DNA of 64,000 nt, from NCBI GenBank assembly GCA_965218435.1, contig CBDCKW010000009.1, positions 3,799,575 to 3,863,574 on the forward strand. The letters are read 5' to 3'. The notes below the pieces were generated by a model. That model was not told where the DNA came from. It saw only the letters and a program-made list of their open reading frames with translations, and made no database searches. This DNA comes from Truepera sp. (lineage in GTDB: Bacteria > Deinococcota > Deinococci > Deinococcales > Trueperaceae). Shown piece after piece: positions 18,023 through 27,346 of the stretch. A program made the translations under genes and the position numbers. Numbering within the stretch: position 1 is the stretch's first letter; every line of letters starts with the position of its first letter.

Positions 18023-19435
18023 ATGTCTTTTTTGAGCCGTGACCGTTCGGTCGCCCGTCCGGGGTTTAGCCGCTGGCTGGTACCGCCTGCGGCGCTCGCC
18101 ATTCACCTGTCTATCGGTCAAATCTACGCGTACAGCGTCTTTAGTGGGCCGCTGCACCAGCTTGTGGGCGTCACTGAACCCGCGCCGGGGGACTGGAGCA
18201 TTGCCACCATCGGTTGGATTTTTACGATTGCGATTGCAGTACTTGGCGCGGCAGCAGCACTTTTTGGGAAGTGGCTCGAGCGTGTCGGCCCCCGGATGGC
18301 GATGTTCGTCTCGGCGTGTTGTTTCGGCGGCGGCTTTTTAGTTGCAGCCTACGGCGTGTCTATCCACAACATTTGGGTCGTTTATTTAGGGAACGGCGTC
18401 TTGGGCGGCATTGGGTTGGGGCTCGGCTACATCTCGCCGGTGTCAACGCTGATCAAATGGTTTCCCGACCGGCCGGGTCTCGCCACCGGCATGGCGATTA
18501 TGGGCTTCGGCGGCGGCGCGATGATCGCTTCACCGCTTTCGGTGGCGCTGATGAACCGCTTTGCGACACCGACTTCTGTAGGCGTTGCGCCGACGCTCTT
18601 TACGCTCGGAATTATCTATTTCGTCTTTATGATGTTCGGTGTGTTTACCGTGCGAGTGCCGCCGGAAAACTGGAAACCTGCCGGTTACGTTGTTCCGACA
18701 ACGAGCAAAAAACTCGTCACTAACGCCAACGTAGACGCCGACACTGCCGTTCGCACGCCGCAGTTCTGGCTCCTCTTTGCTGTTTTGTGCCTCAACGTCA
18801 CAGCGGGTATCGGAGTGCTCGGACAAGCTTCGGTGATGATTCAGGAGATGTTTTCTGAAGCTTCAGTCGGTCAGGCGGTTGCGGTGACGGCAGCCGCGGC
18901 AGCAGGGTTTGTCGGACTCTTGAGCCTGTTTAACATGGCCGGACGCTTTTTCTGGGCGTCGGTGTCGGACTATATCGGCCGTAAAAACACCTACAGCATC
19001 TTCTTTATTCTCGGCGCAGTGCTCTACTTTCTCGTTCCGACATTTGGCAATCAAGGGAACGTCTTTCTCTTTGTTGCCAGCTTTTGCATTATCCTGACGA
19101 TGTACGGCGGCGGCTTTGCCACCATTCCGGCCTATCTTCGTGACCTCTTCGGAACGCTGCAAGTCGGCGCGATTCACGGGCGCTTGCTCCTCGCGTGGTC
19201 GGTCGCGGCGGTCGTCGGGCCGGTTTTGATCAACTATATCCGGCAAGGACAGATTAACAGCGGCGTTCCGGCGGCGCAGGCGTATTCGGTGACGATGTAC
19301 ATCATGGCGGCGCTGCTCGTCGTTGGGTTTGTCTGTAACCTGCTGGTTCGTCCGGTTGATTCACGTTTTCACGTTGAAGAGGCGAAAACGAGCCCTCGAG
19401 CCCCCGCTACAACCGGCAGCGTCCGCAAAGCTTAG
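18023..19435 (+). CDS. MFS transporter, oxalate/formate antiporter (OFA) family
   Basis: 12-TM pattern; the N-terminus FSRWLVPPAALAIHLSIGQIYAYSVF is typical of the OFA family. AAGGAG lies upstream of the ATG. Confidence 0.8.
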   Translation: MSFLSRDRSVARPGFSRWLVPPAALAIHLSIGQIYAYSVFSGPLHQLVGVTEPAPGDWSIATIGWIFTIAIAVLGAAAALFGKWLERVGPRMAMFVSACCFGGGFLVAAYGVSIHNIWVVYLGNGVLGGIGLGLGYISPVSTLIKWFPDRPGLATGMAIMGFGGGAMIASPLSVALMNRFATPTSVGVAPTLFTLGIIYFVFMMFGVFTVRVPPENWKPAGYVVPTTSKKLVTNANVDADTAVRTPQFWLLFAVLCLNVTAGIGVLGQASVMIQEMFSEASVGQAVAVTAAAAAGFVGLLSLFNMAGRFFWASVSDYIGRKNTYSIFFILGAVLYFLVPTFGNQGNVFLFVASFCIILTMYGGGFATIPAYLRDLFGTLQVGAIHGRLLLAWSVAAVVGPVLINYIRQGQINSGVPAAQAYSVTMYIMAALLVVGFVCNLLVRPVDSRFHVEEAKTSPRAPATTGSVRKA

Positions 19436-19443
19436 GAGCAGTC

Positions 19444-19611
19444 ATGGCAAAAGTAACTGTAACTAAAACGAATCAAACTGAAGCCGGTCACGAACAGGAT
19501 TTTGACAGCACGCCCACCCTGCAGCTCATTATCGCCTGGGCCGTGGTAGGCGTTCCACTGCTTTACGGCGTTACTCGAGTTTTTGTCAATTCACTCGCGC
19601 TCTTTCGCTAA
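19444..19611 (+). CDS. 55-aa small membrane protein (MFS-transporter small-subunit-like); not in the ORF track
   Basis: AGGAG, 5-nt spacer, ATG at 19444, only 8 nt after the MFS stop. MAKVTVTKTNQTEAGHEQDFDSTPTLQLIIAWAVVGVPLLYGVTRVFVNSLALFR has one TM helix with a W..VG.PL..GV core. An intrinsic terminator follows directly. Confidence 0.6.
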   Translation: MAKVTVTKTNQTEAGHEQDFDSTPTLQLIIAWAVVGVPLLYGVTRVFVNSLALFR

Positions 19612-19618
19612 TCTATGT

Positions 19619-19912
19619 TTAACCGTCTGCAGAGTCAACGTTGACTCTGCGGATTTTTTGTTTCCACTGTCCATTTTGTCCACCGCTCCATACATACTTC
19701 GTACCGACCTCATGCGGCGCAGCCAATAGCGGTTGGATAAGCGTTTCCAGCGGAATGCGGTAGGCAAAACGGGTCTTTAAGTACCACAGCTCGAGCCCTA
19801 TTCTCAATTTCTCCAAATCGTCCAGCGGTAAGCCCAACCGTAGCGCGTAGGTGTGCGCTTTGTTGACGGCGGCGTCAAAGAGGTCTGGCCGGGACGAGGT
19901 TAGACGAGACAA
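19619..19912 (-). CDS. Hypothetical protein (97 aa)
   Basis: TTG start 2 nt after the stop of the upstream phosphatase gene. No motif recognised; the 3' end overlaps the terminator palindrome. Confidence 0.35.
   Translation of the reverse strand: MSRLTSSRPDLFDAAVNKAHTYALRLGLPLDDLEKLRIGLELWYLKTRFAYRIPLETLIQPLLAAPHEVGTKYVWSGGQNGQWKQKIRRVNVDSADG
19625..19660 (+). terminator. Intrinsic terminator of the MFS / small-subunit unit
   Basis: Perfect 22-nt palindrome GCAGAGTCAACGTTGACTCTGC (19629-19650), followed by GGATTTTTT. Confidence 0.75.
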
Positions 19913-19914
19913 AG

Positions 19915-20598
19915 TTACTCGAGGTCTCCTTCTGCCGGAGTCGCCGCGACAAACGCTGCCGCTTCACCGTAGAGGTGCTCAGCTGAGGCCCAGCGCACGA
20001 GTCGTAACTGCAATTTGTCGTGCTCGAGTGACGCCTCGAGCTCACTTACCGCGCAGTTGTGATGGACTGTGCGCTGAAGTAAGTCCCGGTCTAGTTCGGG
20101 GATAAGGCTTAGCAGCGGGAGCGACAAGCTGCCGCCGTGCGCGACGAGTACCAGCATTTCATCGTCTCGGCCCCGGCACATCGCTTCGTAGCCTCGGCGT
20201 ACTCGGTTGACGAGTTCGTGATAGTTCTCGCCTTCTGGAAACCGCGCTTCGTAATCCCCCTCAGCCCACGCCCAGATGATGGCGTCGTGTTGTTGCCAAG
20301 TCGCTGCCGTAGGCGGTTGCGCTTCTAAAATACCGACGTTAAGTTCGCGGAAGGGCTCGAGCACCCTCACCTCGCCACCCATCTCAGCGGCGATGATCGC
20401 GGCTGTTTCTTGTGCCCGCTTTAAGGGTGAGGCAAAGACCTGCGTCACCGGATAACGTTTCAGATACGCGGCGGTCTGCTCGGCCTGAAGTCTACCTTTA
20501 GCAGTCAGCGGATAATCTACCAAACGGTGCGAAAATTCTTTCGTTAGATTGGCCTGATTTTCACCGTGCCGGACAAGTACAAACCGATTCGTGCCCAT
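19915..20598 (-). CDS. Histidine phosphatase family protein (phosphoglycerate-mutase-like)
   Basis: LVRHGENQAN (RHG motif) and VAHGG (second catalytic His). Confidence 0.8.
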   Translation of the reverse strand: MGTNRFVLVRHGENQANLTKEFSHRLVDYPLTAKGRLQAEQTAAYLKRYPVTQVFASPLKRAQETAAIIAAEMGGEVRVLEPFRELNVGILEAQPPTAATWQQHDAIIWAWAEGDYEARFPEGENYHELVNRVRRGYEAMCRGRDDEMLVLVAHGGSLSLPLLSLIPELDRDLLQRTVHHNCAVSELEASLEHDKLQLRLVRWASAEHLYGEAAAFVAATPAEGDLE

Positions 20599-20600
20599 GT

Positions 20601-21689
20601 CTAGCCGCGCCCCCGCGCTTCATACCCCGCCGTGGTCAGCGCCTGCGTGCCGCGCCTTAAGCCCTCTTCGCTGTCAAAAGCGAGTCTAAGCGCGCCCCCC
20701 GCTTCACGGATAGATAAGACCTCGATGTCTTTGACGTTGACCTCCGCGTCACCTAACGCCTGGGTAATCCGGGCCAGTTCGCCGGGGCGGTCGGGAACGG
20801 CGATGACGACTTCAAAGCGGGCCGGGAGGAGACTGCGTTTCACGATAGGAAAGGCGTCCCTGGCGCGTTTGGCAGCTTCGGCGCGTTCTAGCATGGCGTC
20901 GGGATGCTCGAGACACTCCTCGAGCTCCGCCAAGTATTTTCGGAAACAAGCCAGCGCACCTTTTAGCGCCGCTTTATTACCGACCACCATATCGCGGCTC
21001 ATTCGGGGACTGCCCGAAGCGACGCGGGTGAGGTCACGAAAGCCGCCTGCAGCGAGGAGCATCATCAGGTCGCGGTTTTCGTCTTGGGCGGCGAGTTCGG
21101 TCAGTGCTACGGCGCTCAGGTAGGGCAGGTGACTCACGGCTGCGACGAGCCGGTCGTGTTGTTCGGGCGTGGTCGTCAGCGGTACCGCGCCGAGCTGTTC
21201 GACAAATGTTTCGACGCGCCCCAAAGCTTCAGCGTCGGTCGCGGCGTCCGGCGTCAGGACCCAGACAGCGTTTTCTAACAGGGCAGCGTCGGCGTAAAGC
21301 ACGCCGCCGCGCTCACTCCCGGCCATCGGGTGCCCACCGACGAACCGTAAATCGGCGAGGTCGGCGCACACCTCACGTTTGATGCTGCCGACGTCGGTAA
21401 AAATCGTGTCGGGGCGGGTAAACCGTGAGAGGCTGCGCGCCGACGCGGTGAGGGTGCGGGCAGGGGAGGCCAGCACCACGAGGTCGGCGTCTGCCAGCCA
21501 CGGACCAAGCCGAAACTGCGCCTCGTCAATGACGCCCAGCCCACGGGCCGCCTCGAGCGTCTCCGGGTCGAAGTCAAAGCCGATGACTTTATCGGCTAAA
21601 AACCGTTGCCGGGTACCGAGCCCGACCGAGCCGCCGATCAGCCCTACCCCAGCAATCACGACCGTGCTAAAAAGGGGTTCGGGGCGCAC
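20601..21689 (-). CDS. tyrA: Prephenate dehydrogenase with C-terminal ACT domain
   Basis: IAGVGLIGGS Rossmann motif, GGHPMAGSE catalytic region and an ACT-like tail (VIAVPDRPGELARITQALG). Confidence 0.85.
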   Translation of the reverse strand: MRPEPLFSTVVIAGVGLIGGSVGLGTRQRFLADKVIGFDFDPETLEAARGLGVIDEAQFRLGPWLADADLVVLASPARTLTASARSLSRFTRPDTIFTDVGSIKREVCADLADLRFVGGHPMAGSERGGVLYADAALLENAVWVLTPDAATDAEALGRVETFVEQLGAVPLTTTPEQHDRLVAAVSHLPYLSAVALTELAAQDENRDLMMLLAAGGFRDLTRVASGSPRMSRDMVVGNKAALKGALACFRKYLAELEECLEHPDAMLERAEAAKRARDAFPIVKRSLLPARFEVVIAVPDRPGELARITQALGDAEVNVKDIEVLSIREAGGALRLAFDSEEGLRRGTQALTTAGYEARGRG

Positions 21690-21719
21690 GTCAGCTTAAA
21701 GGTTGTGCTTGCAGCAAGG

Positions 21720-21875
21720 TCATTCGGGTTCGTCGTCTAGGTGGTCGAGCTGCTCGAGTTCGTCGTCGAAGTCGGGAGTTTCCTCGAGGGCGTCTTCTTC
21801 CTCATGCTCAGCGTCTTCTGCAAGGTCATCTGCGTCCGTACCGTAATCTTTTGGGTTGGTGTTGGCGTCGTCCAT
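21720..21875 (-). CDS. Candidate 51-aa extremely acidic small protein; not in the ORF track
   Basis: ATG 21875 to TGA 21720, verified in frame: MDDANTNPKDYGTDADDLAEDAEHEEEDALEETPDFDDELEQLDHLDDEPE. It fills an otherwise empty 228-bp gap between co-directional genes. No strong SD. Confidence 0.4.
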   Translation of the reverse strand: MDDANTNPKDYGTDADDLAEDAEHEEEDALEETPDFDDELEQLDHLDDEPE

Positions 21876-21917
21876 ACCGGACAGTTTACGCCCTTTGGCT
21901 TGGGCTTCCGTAGCAGG

Positions 21918-22652
21918 CTAGACGCGGACGAGCGAGGTCTCTTCGACTGCCTGCATAAATGCGGTAAAAGGTGCGATCTGCTCACTGTACGCCTGGAAAC
22001 TCATCTCCGGGTGCCACTGGACGCCGAGCACAAACGAGCCGTCGGTGTTTTGGAGGGCTTCGGTCACGCCGTCGGCGCTCCGGCCGACCACCCGTAAGCC
22101 CTGCCCGAGTTTGTCAACTGCCTGGTGATGAAATGAGTTGGTGCGGATATGCTCCTCGCCGAACGCTGCGGCTAAGACGGAACCGGGCTCGAGCGCCACC
22201 CCGTGCGAAGGACCGCCGCTGATATCAAACTGTTCGTGCTGAATCATGCCCGAAAGCGCCGGCAAATGCTGGTGCAGCGTGCCGCCTGCAGCGATGTTAA
22301 TCAGCTGATGCCCACGGCAAACCCCCAAAATCGGGACGCCTTTGGCGCGAGCCGCGTGGTAGAGCGCCTGTTCAAAGCGGTCACGGGTCAGGTCAACCAG
22401 ACCCAACATAGGGTGCGGTTCCGCGCCAAAAAAAGCCGGGTCAACGTCCGCCCCACCGGTCAGTATGAGTCCGTCTGCGTCTTCCAGATACGCCTCGGCG
22501 TGTTCGGGCGCTAGATTGCCGACCATCAGCGGTAAACCGCCGAGCTGCGTGACCGCCTCGTTATAGTTGAGGCCGGTTACGGCGTCGGTGCGGCGCAGCC
22601 CAAGGGTGCGGAAGACAGATGACGTGCTGAGTAAGATACGGGCGCGTTTCAT
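21918..22652 (-). CDS. Class-I glutamine amidotransferase / gamma-glutamyl-GABA hydrolase family (peptidase C26)
   Basis: GVCRGHQL nucleophile elbow and the VQWHPE His/Glu region. The start is taken at MKRARILL; the ORF track extends to 22688. Confidence 0.8.
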   Translation of the reverse strand: MKRARILLSTSSVFRTLGLRRTDAVTGLNYNEAVTQLGGLPLMVGNLAPEHAEAYLEDADGLILTGGADVDPAFFGAEPHPMLGLVDLTRDRFEQALYHAARAKGVPILGVCRGHQLINIAAGGTLHQHLPALSGMIQHEQFDISGGPSHGVALEPGSVLAAAFGEEHIRTNSFHHQAVDKLGQGLRVVGRSADGVTEALQNTDGSFVLGVQWHPEMSFQAYSEQIAPFTAFMQAVEETSLVRV

Positions 22653-22835
22653 AAGCCGTAGCCTATCACCCGGATGAAAAACCCTCATGTCTTTTTGCGT
22701 ACAGCAGGGAGCGTGTGGGTCAGTTGCAGTAATAAAAAGTCGGTATTCAGCCCGTCAGTATTCAGCTCTCAGTAGCTTGCAGTCGCGTTTTTTATGCGCT
22801 CAAAACGTGATAAAAACAGGAAGTTTATGACGGTC

Positions 22836-24035
22836 TCAGATTGTGGCAGCTTGCTCGTAACGGGGCAGGGTGACGTGAAAGGCTGCGCCCCCTTGCGGGC
22901 GGTTGTGCGCCTCGACGCGGCCGCCGTGCAGCTCGACGAGTGTGTGAACAATCGCGAGACCCAAGCCGCTACCGCCGCCCAGCCTGCTGCGGCTCGTCTC
23001 AGCGCGGTAAAACCTCTCAAAAACGTGAGCTTGCGCCTCTTTTGGTAAACCTGGCCCGGAATCTTCGACGCTCAGCTCAGCGCCGCCGGACGGCGCGGCA
23101 ACTGAAACCCGAATCCAACCCCCGGCGGGGGTGTAGCGCACCGCGTTCTCGAGCAAGTTCGTCAGCACCTGCGCGAGCCGGTCGGGGTCAGCGCGGAGGG
23201 GCGCGTGCGTTGCCCCGGTGCGAAACTCTAAGCTCAGCCCTTGCCGTCCGGCTTTTTCCCGGAAGCTGTCACACACGCGCCGCGCAATTCTAACAAGGTC
23301 GGTGTCTACCCGCTCTAACGTCAAGCGTTTGGCGTCGGCTAAAGACAGTGTGCGGAGGTCGTCAATTAACCGGGCTAAAAGTTCGGTCTGGACGCCCAGT
23401 TTACCGAGTTCGCTGCGGTCTAAGGGCACAATCCCGTCACCCATCGCGTCGAGCTGACCTTGCAAGATGGTCAGCGGGGTGCGGAGTTCGTGGGCGATGT
23501 CGGCAATCAGTGCCTGACGTTCGCGCTCGAGCTGCTCTAACGCGCCCGCCATCTTATCGAAGTGCCGGGCGAGCATCCCCGTTTCGTCGCGGCTTCCTTG
23601 GGCGTACGCTGGGAGCACCGCCCGCGCCGAGAGATCGCCTTCAGCGATACGGGCGGCGGCCTCGGCCACCGCGGTGATGGGCCGAGAGATACGCCGCGCT
23701 AAAAACAGCGCCGCAGCGACGCTCAAACTGATAAGCACTCCGATACTGACAAAGAGAAGCCGGTCGCGCAACCGATCAAACCGCGTGCCGAGCGCCTGCA
23801 CCTCTTCAAAGTTTTGCGTAAGGCCGCGAATTAACACCTCAAATTGGGGCCGGAGTGACTCGGCCGTTTCTTGCTGTTTGAGCCCGTCGCTGATGGCCAC
23901 GAGTGGGTCACGCACCTCTGCCGGAAGCTGCTGAAACTGCCGCTGCGACACGTAAACTTGCAACAGGGCGAGGAGCGTCGTAAAGAGCGCAACGCCGACA
24001 ATCGTCAGGGTCAGGCGGGTGGCGAGACGGTTCAT
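22836..24035 (-). CDS. Sensor histidine kinase (TM-HAMP-HisKA-HATPase)
   Basis: HELRTPLT H-box, NLLENAVRY N-box, DSGPGL G1 and GGSGLGLAI G2. ATG at 24035, 4 nt after the response-regulator stop. Confidence 0.85.
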   Translation of the reverse strand: MNRLATRLTLTIVGVALFTTLLALLQVYVSQRQFQQLPAEVRDPLVAISDGLKQQETAESLRPQFEVLIRGLTQNFEEVQALGTRFDRLRDRLLFVSIGVLISLSVAAALFLARRISRPITAVAEAAARIAEGDLSARAVLPAYAQGSRDETGMLARHFDKMAGALEQLERERQALIADIAHELRTPLTILQGQLDAMGDGIVPLDRSELGKLGVQTELLARLIDDLRTLSLADAKRLTLERVDTDLVRIARRVCDSFREKAGRQGLSLEFRTGATHAPLRADPDRLAQVLTNLLENAVRYTPAGGWIRVSVAAPSGGAELSVEDSGPGLPKEAQAHVFERFYRAETSRSRLGGGSGLGLAIVHTLVELHGGRVEAHNRPQGGAAFHVTLPRYEQAATI

Positions 24036-24041
24036 CAACCC

Positions 24042-24719
24042 TTAATTCTCGGTACTGAGCCGGTAGCCCATCCCGCGCACCGTTTGGAGCATCTCGGCGG
24101 CGTGAGCGGCCTCGAGCTTTCTACGCAGGTTCCTTAAATGGACGTCAATCACGCGTTCTAACGCTTCGCTTTCGGGTAGAGCGGCCTCTAACAGTTCAGC
24201 GCGGGTAAAAATTCGCCCCGGCGCTCCGGCGAGGTGGTGCAAGAGTCTGAATTCGGTTGCCGTCAGCCGGAGGGCTTCGCCTTCGACCTTGACAGAGGCG
24301 CGTAAAGGGTCTAACTCGAGCGCCCCGAGCCGGAGCGGCGCAGTGCTGCTACCGGCAGGCTGCGTGCGCCGTAACACCGCCTTGATACGCGCCATCACCT
24401 CACGCGGACGAAACGGTTTGGTCACGTAATCGTCGGCACCGAGCTCGAGCGCGAGCAGCTTGTCGAGTTCTTCAGTGCGGGCAGTCAGCATAATGACAGG
24501 GGTCGTGCTTTCAGAACGAACTGTTTTAAGGACCTCGAGGCCACTCAAACCCGGTAACATCACATCGAGCAAAATCAGGTCGGGGTGGGCGCTGCGAAAC
24601 AAACTGAGCGCACGCTCACCGTCACCGGCACGTTCGGTGCGGTAACCGCTGCTGCGCAAGTAACCTTCTAAAATCTCGGCAATCTGCGGTTCGTCTTCGA
24701 CGACCAGGACAAGCGGCAT
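24042..24719 (-). CDS. OmpR-family response regulator
   Basis: VLVVEDEP, LILLDVMLPGLSG and TKPF in the receiver. The C-terminal wHTH has LTATEFRLL and VRGMGYRL. Start taken at ATG 24719. Confidence 0.85.
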   Translation of the reverse strand: MPLVLVVEDEPQIAEILEGYLRSSGYRTERAGDGERALSLFRSAHPDLILLDVMLPGLSGLEVLKTVRSESTTPVIMLTARTEELDKLLALELGADDYVTKPFRPREVMARIKAVLRRTQPAGSSTAPLRLGALELDPLRASVKVEGEALRLTATEFRLLHHLAGAPGRIFTRAELLEAALPESEALERVIDVHLRNLRRKLEAAHAAEMLQTVRGMGYRLSTEN

Positions 24720-24726
24720 AGGCTCT

Positions 24727-24754
24727 AGTATAAGGTCTCTATCTAGGATGTCAG
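24727..24754 (-). promoter_or_regulatory. Sigma-70-like promoter placed for a leaderless response-regulator/kinase mRNA
   Basis: Minus strand reads CTGACA, 16 nt, TATACT, 7 nt, ATG (24719). There is no SD between -10 and the start. Confidence 0.4.
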
Positions 24755-24950
24755 CTGCAGTAGAGCTAGCTGCGACTCTGCTGGTATCGTCTGCTAAAAG
24801 CATCCCGCGACCTTACGCGGCGCATATGAAGCCCGCGTGTAAAGTTTGCAAAGATTTTTTGCCTTTTGCGCTCAACTACTGAATTCTGTGCTCTGAATTC
24901 TCCTTTAGGTGACGCAGTAAACGTTACCGGCTACTGTTAAAATCCAGCAC

Positions 24951-27122
24951 CTAATTCGCCTGACGAACCTCCTCGAGCAGTTTCTCAAAGGGTACGGGTT
25001 TTGCCGCGCCGGTCTCTACTGAAGTTTTAGCGAGGCTAGGGTTACCTTTGACAGCCGCCTCTAACGGCGCACGTGCGTCAGCCAAACGGCCTAAATCGTA
25101 ATAGATGAGCCCCAAATTGAGCTGTGCTCCGCTGTTCTCCGGGTCGGCGGCCACCGCCCGCGTGAGATAATCTACCGCTTTGTCGAGTCGGCCCAACTGA
25201 AAGTAAGCAAACCCGGCGTTGTTTAAGACGGTCGCCTGACCGGGATTCGGGGTTGTAAAGTCCGCCAGCGCCTTGTCATACGCCTTGACTGCGCCGCGCA
25301 GGTCGCCGCTGAGTTGCCGAGTATACCCCTGATAAAAGCTCGGCAGACCAGCCGGAGACAGCTCAGCTGCTCGGTCAAACGCGGCCTGCGCCGCCGCTGC
25401 GTCGCTGCGCTCGAGCGCCGTCAGCCCTTCTTGCACTAAGTTTGCGACTTCATCGCTGAGCGGGGTGTCTGAACCTTCGGCCAGCCGCTGCGTCTGCGCG
25501 ACAAATTGCCGCGTCTGCGCTGCCTGCCGGTTGTTGGGGTCGAGTTTAAGCGCCTCGTCAAGTGCGGCGAGCGCCTCGTCGTACGCCCCGGTGCGGCCGA
25601 GCGCCGAACCGTAAAGCAGGTAGAGGCTGGCGTCTTGCGGGGCGGCCTCGAGCAGAGGCTTTAAGGTCTTGACCGCCGCTTCGTTCTGGTCGGCCTGAAC
25701 GTAAATCTGGGCGAGGTTGCGTTCTAACACGTTTTTCAAATCGGGGTTTTGCTGCGCGGCTGTCTCGAGCGTGGTGGCGGCCTCATCGGTTTGGCCCTGT
25801 TCGGCCTGCGCAAGTGCGAGCTGATTGGCCACTTCGGGGTTGTTCGGCGCAAAGCTCTGTGCGCCGCGCAAAACTTTCTCTGCGCCCGCGTAGTCGTTTG
25901 TTTTACCGAGCATCTCCGCTTCGGCGAGGGCCAACCCTGCGTCACGCGGATACGCCTCGCGGCCCCGGCGCAAGATCGCCAGCGCCCGTTTGCTCTCCCC
26001 GGCAGGGAGCGACCCGGCGAGGGCGTAAAGGCTCGGTTCGGGCTTTGAAGTTTGCAGGGCTTTTTCAAGAAAACTCACCGCTTCGGCGGTATTGCCGCTC
26101 CGCACCGCTTCGGTGACAAAGGCGCTCGCCAAACCCGGCGAATCAGGAACTTTTTGGACGCCGGTACGAAGGGTTTGCAGCGCGGTTTGCGGACTGCCCG
26201 ACTGACGCTCGAGCGTCGCGAGTTCAAGGTAAGCCGCCGCGTAACGGGGATACGACCCCAACGCCGCCTTGAGGTCTCGTTGCGCCGCCTGCGGGTCGTC
26301 CGACAGCCGCGCTTGTCCGGCCAGGGCGACGGCGTGCGCGGGGTTGAGCTTTAAGGCCCCCGTAAACGCCTCTCTCGCCGCCGGAATGTCTCCGGCTGCG
26401 GCTAAGACGACGCCCCGGCCCACGAGCGCCTCGACATCTTCGGGCGCAGCTTGGACCGCCCTTTTTGAGAGCGTCAACGCCTCGGCGTCTTGACCGGCTG
26501 CGCCGAGGGCTCCGGCGCGTTCCGAAAGTGCCCAGCTCGAGCCGCCCGCCGCAGCTTGCTCGAGCGCCGCTGAATCGCTCACACCGAGACCCAAACCGGC
26601 CTCACCGACGGTGCCCAGGTCAGCTAAGTTCGGGGTTTGCGCGATTACGGCGGCCAGCTGTGCCCGGTCTTCGGTGCTGACAGAAAGGCCCAGTTCGCGG
26701 ATGACCGTATCGGCAACTTTGCCGAGCAGGTCGGCGGGGTTTTGCAGCGTGCCGTCTACCGCGACTTGGCGCGTTTCCTGGCCCGGTTCGGCTAAAAAGA
26801 CGTTGACTCGAGCTTGGTCGCCCGCCGTGCTGACCAACCCGCTCACCAGCGCCTGCGCCTCAAACGCGTCGGCAAAGACGGTCGTATCGAGCTTGGCCGC
26901 GTCGGTCCGCTGCGCGACGACCAGGGTGTCACCGACCGGCGGCACATAGAGATTGTCAATCACGTTGAGGCTGCGCTGCAGACCGGTGGCGAGACCGAAA
27001 CGGTAGGGGGCCGCAGCGTCGTCGGTATCAAACGCGAGGACAGCTACGCGCACCGGTTGCGCCGCCGCCGCGCCTAACAGCAAGAGACAAACTGAAAAGA
27101 CTAGAGTAAGGGCTCGTTTCAT
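24951..27122 (-). CDS. Secreted TPR-repeat protein (723 aa)
   Basis: Signal peptide MKRALTLVFSVCLLLLGAAAAQP. The C-terminal ~500 aa are Ala-rich TPR-like repeats (e.g. A..AY..AL.L.P....A). Confidence 0.7.
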   Translation of the reverse strand: MKRALTLVFSVCLLLLGAAAAQPVRVAVLAFDTDDAAAPYRFGLATGLQRSLNVIDNLYVPPVGDTLVVAQRTDAAKLDTTVFADAFEAQALVSGLVSTAGDQARVNVFLAEPGQETRQVAVDGTLQNPADLLGKVADTVIRELGLSVSTEDRAQLAAVIAQTPNLADLGTVGEAGLGLGVSDSAALEQAAAGGSSWALSERAGALGAAGQDAEALTLSKRAVQAAPEDVEALVGRGVVLAAAGDIPAAREAFTGALKLNPAHAVALAGQARLSDDPQAAQRDLKAALGSYPRYAAAYLELATLERQSGSPQTALQTLRTGVQKVPDSPGLASAFVTEAVRSGNTAEAVSFLEKALQTSKPEPSLYALAGSLPAGESKRALAILRRGREAYPRDAGLALAEAEMLGKTNDYAGAEKVLRGAQSFAPNNPEVANQLALAQAEQGQTDEAATTLETAAQQNPDLKNVLERNLAQIYVQADQNEAAVKTLKPLLEAAPQDASLYLLYGSALGRTGAYDEALAALDEALKLDPNNRQAAQTRQFVAQTQRLAEGSDTPLSDEVANLVQEGLTALERSDAAAAQAAFDRAAELSPAGLPSFYQGYTRQLSGDLRGAVKAYDKALADFTTPNPGQATVLNNAGFAYFQLGRLDKAVDYLTRAVAADPENSGAQLNLGLIYYDLGRLADARAPLEAAVKGNPSLAKTSVETGAAKPVPFEKLLEEVRQAN

Positions 27123-27346
27123 CTCCCGAAGTATACCTAAGCCGGGGTGAGAAGCGGCTTTACGTTGGCTCGAGGCTCAACACATGGCTTACAAAAGATA
27201 GCGCCAAAAGCGTAACCTCAGCTGCGATGATTGCACTAACTCGAGTTCGGTGCGCTCAGTTATGCTTGGGTATATGAACGCGTTTGGCCCACTGGGTTTA
27301 ACTAGCTCGGGTCAAAGATCATCGGTGATGACCAGCGGAGGTCTTA

